Source of the DNA: Psammoneis japonica | Lineage: Eukaryota | DNA length: 64,000 nucleotides | Direction: 5' to 3' | NCBI GenBank assembly: GCA_008632985.1 | Contig: QPGO01000177.1 | Span: 62,001 to 126,000, forward strand | Shown here: one piece after another, positions 12,536 through 24,700 of the stretch | How the letters are laid out: every line of letters begins with the position of its first letter | How positions within the stretch are numbered: the stretch's first letter is position 1 | Notes under the pieces: generated by a model | What the model saw: the letters and a program-made list of their open reading frames with translations, nothing else | The model's database searches: none | Told to the model about the DNA's origin: nothing | Made by a program: the position numbers and the translations under genes

Positions 12536-13877
12536 ATGGCGGCGGTCGATAGTTGCGAGAACAAGCAGAATACTATCTGCTATTGTTCTCGCAAGGCTCT
12601 GATTGTAGCAATGGTTGGAGTCGTCTGTGCCTTTGCTGGGTTATCGATTGGGCTCTATTCTCTGTTCAAACCAAGCAGTGATGGCAACTTTCAAGATGGC
12701 ACGCCGTTGAACAGCAAATTCACAAATGCTCCAACTATTATGACTGCAACCCATTCTCCAACAAAAACATTCACCCAGTCTCCAACTTTAATGATGCCTG
12801 ATACGACGTTTAATTTCTGGAGCTCGTCGGATTCTCCATCATGGAGTTTGTCGGATTCTCCAACCGCGGCACCAACCGTTAGAAGTTCTCCCAACCCATC
12901 ACCAGATCCGTTTGAATCATGGCATGCGGTTCCAATCTCAAAACAAGATGGCGCTCAATTCCAAGTTGTTGAAGAGTTATATCACGATACAACTGCCTTT
13001 ACGTGAGTCTTTACTTGTTTTATGTTTGCCGCAATCTCGTCATGTACTCACACATATCGCCTTTCGTTTCTGCATACCTCGTTACAAACATTTTCTAGTC
13101 AAGGACTAACCTTGGGTAAGAATGTCTTGTATGAATCGACCGGTGGATACGGTCGATCCACTGTACGTCGAATCCATCCCGATACAGGAGAGGTTTTGCA
13201 ACAAATATCTATGCCACGCCGACACTTTGGAGAAGGCATGGCGTACGCGGAAAATAACAACGGGGATGAATTGCTGGTACAGTTAACTTGGACCTCACGA
13301 CAGGGTTTCATCTACAATGCCTCCAATCTATCACAACCACCACGTCCCTTTTGGACTGGCACGACTCTAAGTGAAGGCTGGGGCATTGCACACAACCCTG
13401 CCAAACGAGAATTTGTGGCCAGTGACGGGACGCATGTGTTGCATTTCTGGAATGCCACAGCCTTGCTGGAGGATAACGAGGTGCAAGAATTGCGCACCGT
13501 CGAGGTGACCCGACTGGATGGGACGACGCTTGCCAATGAATTGAATGAATTGGAATGGTGGAGAGACCGAATCTTGGCCAATGTCTGGTATGAATATGTC
13601 TTGCTGGTGATTCATCCCGAAACGGGCCAAGTCGAAAAAGAATACGGTGTGTATATAATATGAAAACAGTGTTGGGGGCGTGGCGCTACAGAGTGCCTTG
13701 TACAGAAACTCACATTAGAGTTTTCTTCTTTTTTCTTGTCCAGACTTTTCATCCATCTATCCCAATCCACCACAGGTTTTCAATGGCATTTCCATCTCGG
13801 ACGAGCCAGATGTATTGTACGTGACAGGCAAGAACTGGGACAAAATGTTCAAGATTCGATTGCTACCACTCTTGTAA
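12536..13877 (+). CDS. Glutaminyl-peptide cyclotransferase (plant/bacterial-type glutamine cyclotransferase), type II membrane anchored; 3 exons
   Basis: Introns 13003-13098 and 13647-13743 give HDTTAFTQGL, LYESTG, FGEG, QLTW, EGWG, SDGT, LNELEW, ANVW and LYVTGKNW. Confidence 0.9.
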
Positions 13878-13971
13878 CAGTAGCAAGTGGGAACCATAGA
13901 TGCTGCATAACAACAGATCCAACAATAACTATTCTCATACTTTACTCTACTATTGACGTGATGCATGTTGC

Positions 13972-16230
13972 CTAAAGCGTTTCCGTCAAGCTGTTTCCCG
14001 CGACAGTCGGCGGCTGTCCAAACGGACTGCCAGCAGCCGCTGCCGGAGGAGCACGGAATTCCATTGGAACACCGGGTCCAAAAGGATTACCGGTATCCAT
14101 GGGTCCCTTGGGTGCGTGTTGACGTTCCATCATGGTTTGTTCAAAATCTTGCAATTGCTCTTGATTTAAACGTCCCTTGAAAATGGAAACACCCACCAAA
14201 TTGGCCAATTCTTCGGCACACTGTCCAGCGGCATGAACCGAAAGTGCCGATGCAGACGAATACTTACTCAACGTGGACATGACGAGATCCAACACGAGTT
14301 CCAAATAATAACGTTTAAACCGTTGTTTGCCCATAGCATTGGCCATGATGGGTAATTGCCGAAAGAGTGTGGCACGCAAATCGTCCGCTTGTGGAAAATG
14401 ACGAACACGACACGCGTCCAACATGGTTTCGAACAGTGGCAAGAGTGTAGCATCATCCTCCAGCACGTGTTTGCAAACAAGCTCACGCAAGAGATAAATA
14501 CACCCATCGGTCGCTTCCCACGGTGCCTTGGGACGGTTAATACCACAACTGCTGCATCCGATTCGACCGGCACCCGCTTTCTTTTGGAGTTTCGGTGCCA
14601 AACTACCACAACTGTAAAGTTGACTGTCCGTGTGACTTTCAATATCATTTTGATGCTTGACATAATCCTCCTTGGTCATGGCCGGTTGATCCTTGGCCGA
14701 CGGCAATTGTTTTTGCAAGAGTGGAATGAGTTCTTTTTGTAACAATTCCGGATAGGCATCGAGTGCATCACCGAGTGCCACGGCGGCATCTTGTCGAACA
14801 GACCAAATTTGATCCGTCAATTGAGACGTCCACTTTTCTAATAGCAAGGACAATTCCGGACGACACGCTTCGGGATAGGCCTTGCAAAAGGTCCCACACG
14901 CCAAACACGCCTCATCACGGACGGGCCACGATTCATCGTGAAAACACATAATTAATGCTTGCAACAACATGGGAACGTAGGGTTCCAAACTGTCACTGTA
15001 TTTTTTGTGAGAACCCAACTTTTTCGCCAATTCCGCCACGGCTTGACAGGCTGCTTCTCTTACAACGTGATTGTCGGCATCACACATTTGGACATAGTAG
15101 CGACACACGGCACCGGCATATTGTGACACGTACTCAATGCCTTGTCCTTTACTAAAAACCAATTGCCACGTTTCGTGGCTGTACAACTTGACACCCTGTG
15201 CCAAATAAAATCGATTCAAACACATGCGTGGCAAAAGGACGGGTAGCACCGAAGGCAAATTGTTATTGTTGTTTTGGAGTGCCAACAAAAAGGTCCGACA
15301 CAACACGGACGCTGCCATGCGAACTTGAGACCAATTGTCGGCAAGTGTCACCTTTAACACACTAGTCACTGTTTGCTTCAACGAGTCGGGCATTTGTTCT
15401 CCATCAGGAACCACCAAAATCAATTGTTCCAAGACATTGATTCCTGCCGCACGGACATGACGATTAACGTGATCGATACACGAATACTCGAGTGCCTTGT
15501 ACAGGTTGGAATCCGGTGGATACTGTTGTAGATAAATGGATGGCCCACACGCGGCAATAAAACTCGCCAAAGCTTGCCAATTGGTTTCGAGTGCACGCCA
15601 TCCCGTCGTATCATCCAAAGCACCCGTAGAGGATTGACTGTACTTTTTGGAATCATCTCGTCCCGCATCCAAGTGCTCATACAAACTCTTGCAAATGGTT
15701 TCGTGCATGTCGTTGCGTTGTTGTTGTAGATTTGAGTTGTCTTTTAAAAGAGTGGAGGTAAGCTTGGCATGTGCTCCTACGGCCTTGGCAACGAGGGTAC
15801 GGACACGGGGTTCGGAATGTTCCAAATGTTCTTTACACGACTCGAGCAACGGACCGCACAACAACGAGACTTGTTCGAGGTCGTTGTTGTGGTTTTCCTT
15901 TAATTCTTGCTGCTGCTCTTCCACACGAATCGATGGTACACGAGGTCCTTCCACATAGACCTTACCACCCGTCTTGTTCTTGTTGGAATCATCATTATCC
16001 ACAACAGCAACAACAATACGTTCGAGCCAATCCGTAGCAACATAAAGACCCACCGCCAGAGATTCCCAACGGTCCGCGTGTTTTTGAAGTAGAATCAAAA
16101 TTCCCTCTCGATAATCTTTTGCTTGATCGTGGAGAAGCAACTTTTTCGACACCTCAATCACCTCATCATCCAAGGCGGGTTTGCGGCGTTGCAACGATTG
16201 GAGCGCACGGTCGACCGATGAAAAGTCCAT
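13972..16230 (-). CDS. HEAT/ARM-repeat protein (752 aa), function unknown
   Basis: Long intronless ORF with repeated HEAT signatures: EPRVRTLVA, DNWSQVRMAA, NHVVREAAC, ESWPVRDEAC, QIWSVRQDAA. Confidence 0.85.
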   Translation of the reverse strand: MDFSSVDRALQSLQRRKPALDDEVIEVSKKLLLHDQAKDYREGILILLQKHADRWESLAVGLYVATDWLERIVVAVVDNDDSNKNKTGGKVYVEGPRVPSIRVEEQQQELKENHNNDLEQVSLLCGPLLESCKEHLEHSEPRVRTLVAKAVGAHAKLTSTLLKDNSNLQQQRNDMHETICKSLYEHLDAGRDDSKKYSQSSTGALDDTTGWRALETNWQALASFIAACGPSIYLQQYPPDSNLYKALEYSCIDHVNRHVRAAGINVLEQLILVVPDGEQMPDSLKQTVTSVLKVTLADNWSQVRMAASVLCRTFLLALQNNNNNLPSVLPVLLPRMCLNRFYLAQGVKLYSHETWQLVFSKGQGIEYVSQYAGAVCRYYVQMCDADNHVVREAACQAVAELAKKLGSHKKYSDSLEPYVPMLLQALIMCFHDESWPVRDEACLACGTFCKAYPEACRPELSLLLEKWTSQLTDQIWSVRQDAAVALGDALDAYPELLQKELIPLLQKQLPSAKDQPAMTKEDYVKHQNDIESHTDSQLYSCGSLAPKLQKKAGAGRIGCSSCGINRPKAPWEATDGCIYLLRELVCKHVLEDDATLLPLFETMLDACRVRHFPQADDLRATLFRQLPIMANAMGKQRFKRYYLELVLDLVMSTLSKYSSASALSVHAAGQCAEELANLVGVSIFKGRLNQEQLQDFEQTMMERQHAPKGPMDTGNPFGPGVPMEFRAPPAAAAGSPFGQPPTVAGNSLTETL

Positions 16231-16447
16231 GGTGGAGAAAGTTGTCGTGACAGTGATGACAGTGAGAAAGTGAGAGTAGAGAACCCGGAAATACGATTCA
16301 ACGATGTATTCATATACGAATAAATATATTCAAAAAATCTTGCGGCCTCCATTTCATCGTCCGTCCTTTTGTCCCTCGCCGTATCTTTTGTCACACACAA
16401 TCAGTCATTTGCACCACACACACACACAAAAAACTATCTACTACACC

Positions 16448-19400
16448 ATGAACAACAACACTACTACTGTCCCTGTCGCTCCAGCGTTACGTCCCGTTTT
16501 GCCCAGTCATGGAACGGCCAAGGTGAAATCGGTCCAATCCGGTGATACCGTCGTCTTGTTGGGCAAGGCTCCATCTCCCAATGCACCACCACCTCAAGTG
16601 GTTTTTACCTTTGAACGCGTCACGGCACCGAGGTAAAGTAATTTTGTAGTCGTATTTTTATATTCAATTTGTACAAATTTCTTATTCAATATTTTTTGTT
16701 CTTTCCAAACAACAGAATGGCATCCAAAGCCAATGCCAATCGTGATGACCCCGGTGCCTTTCCGGCACGAGAATGGTTGAGAAATTTGATTGTTGGCAAA
16801 TCGGTTCAATTTGAAACGCGGTACGTGGAGAGGAGGAGGAGTGGGGTTGATTTATGCATATCTTTATGTGTTCAACTCACCTATTTTTCTTTCGTTACTC
16901 GTCACTCACCTCATATTTCACAGCAAACAAGGTGCTACAGCGGGTGATCGTGTGTATGGTTTGCTCTTTTATACAGATCCCAATTCGGGTCAAGTCTTGA
17001 ATTTGGCTGTAGAGAGTGTTCGAAACGGTCATTGCATTCCCAAAGTGTTTGGATTGACGGATGATGCGACAGAAGACACTACGAATGGCGAAGCCGCCGT
17101 GGATGATTACGAAGCACAATTGCAAGCGGCTCTCAATCAAGCCAAACAAGCCAATGTCGGTGTCCACGGCAGTGCACCACTGGTTCGTACGATTCAAAAT
17201 GCCGGTGAATCCTTTGAAACATTGGCATTGATTCAACAAGCGAAAAAATTGTGCAATTCCACTATTTCGTGTGTCATTGAATACATTTTTGATGGATCAC
17301 GGTTTCGTATACAAGTGACGGACCCCGAAATGCAAAATTTGCAATACGCCAGTTTTACCTTGTTGTTGGCGGGCGTTTCGTGTCCACGCATGGCCAATCC
17401 CAAACTCGATACGCCCAGTGAAGAATTGGCCGAGGAGGCACTCCAATTTGTCAATGTCCGATTGTTGCATCGTGAATTGAAAATTACATTGCACGGAACT
17501 GACAAGGCGGGTATCTGTGCCGTGGGGACCGTTCATCATCCTCGTGGGAACATTGCCGTGGAACTACTCAAGAATGGATTGGCCAAAACGTCCGATTGGA
17601 GTATCCGACTCATGGATCCCAGTGATGTGCCAGCCTTGAGAATTGCAGAAAACAATGCAAAGGTAAAGTGTTGTGGAGTAGTGATTTGTTTTGCTGTAAC
17701 GTTGAATACAACTTGTTTTACTCACACGCTTTCTATTCTCTCTCTCTCTACACACACAACACAGAGGACAAACACGGGCGTGTGGCATTCGTACGCTCCA
17801 CCGCAATTATCGGGTGCATCCGAAATTGTCGGAACTGTCGTGGAAGTCATCACGGGCGACACTCTATCGATTCTCCCCAATGGCGTGGCATATGATTCGG
17901 AATCCAAACTCGAAAAGGTATCCCTGGCCAGTGTCCGTGCACCCCGTGTTGGCAATGAAAAACTGGGGAGGGTGGATGAACCCTATGCATGGGAATGCAA
18001 GGATCGTTTGCGTGTCTTGACAGTGGGCAAACCCGTCAAGGTGTCGATTCATTATGAACGTGATATTCCCATGGGACCCGACAGTACGGAAAAGAGACAA
18101 TTTGGTACAGTTTCGGTGGGTAAACGAGAAGATGTTGGTGAAGTACTTGTGGCGGAAGGATTGGCCACGACCCAGAGGCATCGTGATGATGATGAAAAGT
18201 CACCGCGTTATGATTTGCTTGTGGCGGCAGAAGTGAGTATTTTTTTATTTTTTGTAGTGGTTTGATGAGTGTTTTGATTTGACTGACCCATCCTGTTTCC
18301 CAATTCGTACTATGCATTGACAGGCCAACGCCAAGGCTGCGAAAAAGGGCATTCACATTACAGACAAACAGTACGGCCGACGCGCTGTGAACGATTTGAC
18401 AGATCCCAAAAAAGCCAAGGCCTATTCTGGATCACTGATGCGTGCCGGCAACATCAAAGCCATTGTCGAATACGTCTTTAATGGATCACGTTTCAAGCTG
18501 CTGGTTCCGTCCGAAAATTGCAACATTGTCTTTGCCGCATCCAGTCTTCGTTGTCCTCAGCCATCACCCACCATGGGCAGTCGCACCACCAAGGCGGCCG
18601 AACCCTTTGGAGATGCCTCGAAACGTCATGCGCGCTTGACCGTGTTGCAACGGTCGGTCGAAATTGTGTGTACCGGAGTGTCCATGGGCGGTGTCATTAC
18701 AGGACAAATCTTTGTCGGACACGGAGGTCAGCGTCGAGATTACAGTTTGGAACTGGTCGGTGCCGGTCTGGCCACGTTGGATCCGCGCAAGGTGGAGTAC
18801 GGAGAAGTACCCAAAATGCTGGTGGATGCTCAAAATGCTGCCAAGAATAACAAGGTTGGAATTTGGTCTCTTGTACAGGCTACGCCAGAGGTAAGTAGTT
18901 TTATTGTTGTTGTCTTTCTGTTGGTATTGTGGTAATCATGTTGACGGTCATGTAATAATCTCATTGCTGTCTAATTTTTTTTGTCAACAGGCCAAACCAG
19001 TCGTGACTACCAAGGCCAAGGAGCAAACCATTCAAATTCGACTCAGCGAAATCAAGAGTGGAAATCACTTTTTCTTTCAAAAAGTTGACGACGAGGCTGC
19101 CAAAGTCATGGACGAAAGCATGAAGATTTTCACTTCCAACAATGGCACCAACGGAGCTCCGTGTGATGTCAAGGTGGGCAAGGTAGTGGCTGCCTTGTTT
19201 AACGATGGCAGTGGCAAGAGCTGGTACCGTGCCAAGATTATCGAGCGGCCCGCCGCAGGCAAGGCCCGAGTGCTTTTCATTGACCACGGCAATTCGGAAT
19301 TGGTTCCCGTCGCTACCCATTTGCGCCCCTTGGATGCCAGTCTCGGCACGGAGCGTGTCCCTGCCGTGGCCAAGGAAGCCCAGCTTGCCCTGACGGTTGT

Positions 19401-19743
19401 GCGTCCCTTGTCGGACGATGAAGGCATGGACGCGGCCAGGATGCTTCAGAGTTTGGCGTGGGGCAAGGATCTGACCGCTCGTACCTTTAGCGATATTGAC
19501 GGAAAGCTTGCTGTGGTCCTCATGGATGAGAGCGATACATCCATTAATGAGCAACTTGTGGCTGCTGGACTCGCTCGTACAGTCAAGCAAACCGATGTAG
19601 ATTATCTGGAATCGAAAATGTTGGACGGCAATAGCCTGGCGAGCTTGTCTGCGGAATTGAAGGTTGCCCAGGAAACGGCTCGCAAATCTCGTGCTGGAAT
19701 GTGGCGATACGGAGATGTTGGCGACGAAGACGAGGAAGAGTAG
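16448..19743 (+). CDS. SND1: Tudor staphylococcal nuclease (Tudor-SN/p100), about 6 exons
   Basis: Four SNase repeats (VKSVQSGDT, IEYIFDGSRF, VVEVITGDT, VEYVFNGSRF), a Tudor domain (WYRAKI..VLFIDHGN) and C-terminal GMWRYGD. GT-AG introns lie at the ORF junctions. Confidence 0.93.
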
Positions 19744-20190
19744 AGTATGCGTTTGGAGACGAAGATCCGTCTTGGAAAAGACCCATGACGAATAATACAC
19801 TTGTGTAACTTCTCTAGATGATCAAGTGTGATGCTATCCAACTTTTTACTTTTTCACGCTCAACTGTCCTGTGCAGGACCCGGTTAGCAATTACCGTCCA
19901 TTATTTTCGTCCATTTATTGTTGGATTTCTACACTATAAGTACTGTAGCTGGTAGGTATCGTGTAGCCACTAGCTCGCTACTCTAGCAAGCTACGGTAGC
20001 TAATAGCTACTCGCTGCATAGAGTGAAAGTATAGTAGCTAAAGTAGAGATCAAGCAAGCGAGAAAGGAGGCTTGGTGAGACGTACAGTACAACATCTTAA
20101 CGTACATACGGTACTGCATGTAATGTCAGCCTGACTATTTTTTACAGATGGCGGTAATGGATGTTTTGGGATTCATCGCCGCGGCAAGAG

Positions 20191-21096
20191 TCATGTATCG
20201 ACTGACCGTGGTTCGATGAATTTCTTGATGTCGTCTAACCCGACTGTTTGTCCTTTGCTCTCAACCACGTTTCTAGTCGCCTCGACGAGTTCATTCTCAG
20301 TCATGATTGGAACGCGACCCCTTGCTCCCCACGACTTTTTTATTGGTTTCCCTTCTCGAATTTTTCGCAGTACCTTGTATACACTCTTATCGCTGGCACA
20401 TGGTACACGTTTCTTCTGTACCATATCGTTGATAATTGCCGATCGCTCTTTCGCGTTCCTTCCTTGAGTTATATCGTAAACTTCTTGTTTGGTGTACTCA
20501 AGCCTGTCTTTTGGTTCGGGGTACGTAAATGCTGTTGCATTTGACCTCTTCTTTTGAGTTGACTCATTTGAATTTTTCGTGTCTCCTTTTCGTTTTTGCG
20601 GGAGTTTGCGGTGACTAGGGGGTGGCGTCTTGATGCGCAAGGCAAGTCGCTCCATCTCAATGCGTTCATTGGGCTTTGTGGAAGCTGCAGCTGGTGGAAT
20701 GTTTTCTCTGTCTTCCCTGTCGTCAGGACTTGGCAGAGACGTTGGTTCAAGATCGGCGACACGCAAAGCACGTGACTGTGCGACTTTCTCCGACGCCGCG
20801 AGCCTTCGATGCGCATACGGAACACCCGGTGTCTTGGATTCTTTCGCAACTATTGCATTTGATTCTACGTCAGCTTTTTCAACAATGGAGAGTGTTTCAC
20901 GAACGATTCTCAGACCATTGCTAGCCTTTTTAAAGTCACATGCAATGCTGTTTCTGTCAAGACTGTGCCAAGTATCTCTCAAAATGGCTTGCTGCTGTCG
21001 AGTGGCTTGCACAAGGTCGGCATTAATAAGTTGAGTTTCAAGTGATTTGTCTTTGGTAGACCTTCTAATGGTAGCATCACTGTCTGTCTTAGTCAT
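20191..21096 (-). mobile_element. Possible truncated transposase N-terminus (pogo/Tc1-like HTH region), no DDE domain
   Basis: Basic helical C-terminal half ending in a W-G-x-R-GR-x-P-I motif typical of transposase DNA-binding regions. The ORF stops abruptly and no TIRs were found. Confidence 0.35.
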
Positions 21097-21702
21097 ATTT
21101 GTTGTTGTAACAAGATCGTTGCGTTTATCGTTCTCCTTTTTTTTTTTTCGACTCGTGTTTTTTGTTGTTTTCGGCGCGCGTGGTCTCGAATGACTCCGGG
21201 GTCATTAGACCTATTTGATGATGTGAGTCGTACGTACGTACTTGTACTACTGTACGCGTACGTACGTGGAATGATGACTGCGATACATCGTTTATGGAAT
21301 ATAGACATAAAGACTTGAGCATTATTAAAATAATCAAAGTCATTACAAAATATCAATTGTTATTGAAGAGAGCGGCAAGACGAAACGGCACTTTTTTGTT
21401 TCCCTTTTTCGCATTCACAACTTCGCGTTTTTCGTTTGTCGTCTCGCGAGATTACCCCCTTGTTCGATCGATCGAGAATCAAGTAGAAAAGATTTATCAA
21501 GTTTGTAACACCGCGAGTGTGGCAACGAAAGATCATGACACCCTTTACTGCATCGCTCATAAGTCGACGCGAAGACTCGTCCCATGCCTCCTTAAGTAAC
21601 GCGGGTTCTCGGTTTGATTCGCGATCTTGGTCGATCGTGCACGATAAATCGCCCTGACGTGCTTCGATGCTAATTTTTTTTTGACAAAGCGAAAAAGGCC
21701 GT

Positions 21703-24700
21703 GTGAAGCGTTCGGCAATGGCACTTCGAAGGAAGCAAATGGCGTTCATAATGAAGCTGCCTTTCCTGCTGTGCATCTTGCTGTGTGTTCCGTTCTCACA
21801 GGCTCAAAGAAGTTCGATTCTAGGAATTGCTGAAAACAAGGGGTTTACTACGCTTGTAACGGCTCTTGAGGCTGCTGGCCTTGACTTTGAGTTTAGTTGC
21901 ACATTTAGTCGGAATAAGGAAGACTGCCCTCTTTATTCTTTCTTTGCTCCTAACGAAGAAGCGTTCTCCGCACTGGACAAGGATTTAGTGAACAAACTAA
22001 CGTCTGGTCCATACGTTGAGCACCTACGTGGCTTTCTCAATTACCATGTTCTGCCGGGCAAAGTGAGAGCTACTCCATTTCATATCCAAGACGGGGCAAG
22101 AGTTGAGACTCTCCTTGGTGAGAGCATTGTAACCACCAAGAATGGCAAAGACGTAATGATCAACAACGCCAAGGTCTTGACGGCCAACATTGGTGCGACC
22201 AACGGTTTAGTACATGTTGTGGATACCGTCCTTTTGCCCAAGTTTCTGTCAAAAGACGTTGTCGATGTCGCCATCACCAGCCCCGACACATTCTCAACGT
22301 TTGTAGCAGCTGCGAATGCCGCGGGATTGCTGGACGCGCTTCGGGGTGGACCAATCACGGTACTCATACCCACGAACGATGCCATGGCCAAGATCGGGTC
22401 AACCCTTACAGACCTTCTTAAGCCCGAGAACAAGGAGAAACTTGCAGAATTCGTTCAATATCATATTTTGCCAGGCATTGTCGCTCAAGACAAACTCGAA
22501 GACGGACCAGTAGGGACGTTGCTCGGAAAAGATATCGTTGTAGATGTGCGGAGTGACAAGGTTGTCCTCAATGGTGAAGCCCAAATCACGGACTTCAACA
22601 TCTTGGCAAAAACCGGTATTATTCACGAGATTGACACAGTTCTCACCCCTCCGGAACCAACGCCCGACCCAAAGCCAGACATTGTCGACGTCGCCATCAG
22701 AGACGACAGATTATCAACGCTTGTCCAGGCTATTTCGGCGGCTGGGATGGTCGACACACTCAAATCAACCGGGCCGATCACAGTATTCGCACCGACGGAT
22801 GCGTCATTCGCCAAGCTCGGGCCAACCCTTACCGACCTTCTTAAGCCCGAAAACAAAGAGGAACTTCAAGAGATCCTTCAATATCATGTTGTACCCGGAA
22901 TTGCCACCAAAGGGGGGCTGAAGGGAGGACCTATAGAGACGTTGCTTGGAGCCGAGATTGATGTAGATGTACAGGATGGCAATGTTGTTCTCAACGAGGG
23001 GGTAAAAGTCACAGACTTCAACATTTTAGCAACGAACGGCATCATTCACATTATCGACACAGTGCTCATCCCGTCAGCACCACTGCCAGACCCAAAGCCC
23101 GACATTGTTGACTTTGCAAAGTCAGACGAAAGGTTTTCTACCGCTGTCCAGGCCGTTTTGGAGTCTGGGCTGGTTGACACGCTCAAATCAACGGGGCCGT
23201 TCACGATGTTCCTACCAACCAATATGGCCTTCGCCAAACTCGGAGCTGACCTAGCCGACCTCCTCAAGCCCGAAAACAAGCAAGAACTTGAAAAAATCCT
23301 TCAATTTCATGTTTTGGAAGGCAATGTCACAAGAGAGGAACTCCAGAATGGACCTGTCAATACATTGTTGGGGGTAGATATTGAAGTAGCTGTTCAGAGC
23401 GACAGTGTTGTTCTCAACGGCGGAGCACAAGTCACAGACTTCGACATTTTGGCAATGAATGGAATTATCCACGTGATTGACACGGTCCTCCTTCCCCCGA
23501 AACAAATGCTTGATATCGTTGACTTTGCTAGCTCAGACGAAAGATTTTCTACTCTTGGCCAGGCCGTTTCGGCAGCAGGGTTGGTCGACACGCTCAAATC
23601 AACAGGTCCATTCACGATATTCCTACCAACCAATACGGCATTCGCCAAACTCGGCACGGACCTAGCCGCCCTTCTCAAGCCAGAAAACAAACAAAAACTC
23701 GCAGAAATCCTTCAATATCATGTTTTGGACGGCAATTTTACTAAAGAGGAACTCGAAAATGGACCTGTCGTTACTCGGTTGGGCAAAGCCATTGACGTAA
23801 GCCTTCAAAGTGACATGGTTGTTCTCAACGACGAAGTCAAAGTCACAGACTTCAACATTATGGCCAAGAACGGAGTGATTCACGTAATTGACACGGTCCT
23901 TCTTCCTCCAGACGTATTAGCACCGCCTGCCGAAGAACCTGACGTTGTTGATGTCGCTAGCTCTCTCGGATACTATTCCTTTCTTGTAGAGGCTATGTTC
24001 ACTACTGGCTTGGTCGAGAAGCTGAGATCAACTGAACCTTTAACGATTCTAGCACCCACTGACAACGCTTTCACAAGGGCTTTGAGAGAGCTTGGGCTTA
24101 CCTTGCCTGAACTTTTTCAGGAAGAGAACAGAGATACCCTCAAGAACATAATTCTTTATCACGTCATCCCGGGCGAAGTCACACGTGCCGACCTTCGCGA
24201 TGGCCCGTTAACCACGCAACTTAATATCGACATTGATGTTGATGTCGAGTACAACGCCGCGGGGAGCTTCAAATTCGCCAAACTCAACGGTGAAACACGA
24301 ATAACCGGTTTTGATACCAAGGCAAAGAACGGCATCATCCATAGAATTAACAACATCCTGATGCCTCCGAAAGTACTTTCTGACATTGTTCAAGTCGTCA
24401 GTGCCAAAGATCGGTTCTCGAACTTAGCGGCTGCTGCCGAAGCAGCCGGTTTGGTTGACATGCTAAAATCAGATGGACCGTTTACCATATTCGCGCCTTC
24501 AAACGAAGCTTTTGCCAAGCTCGGGACAACTCTGGCCGAGCTCATAAAACCGGAAAACAAACAGAAACTTGAAGAAATCATTCAATATCACATACTGCCA
24601 GGCCGAGTTGTTCGGGAACAACTCAAAGATGGCCCGGCCATGACATTGCTTGCTGATACTATTGACGTGGATGTTCAGAGCGACAGCGTTGTGCTCAACG

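Noticed and set aside
18961..19800. Long antisense ORFs over Tudor-SN, fasciclin and VTC
   Set aside because: Shadow ORFs caused by codon bias on the coding strand.
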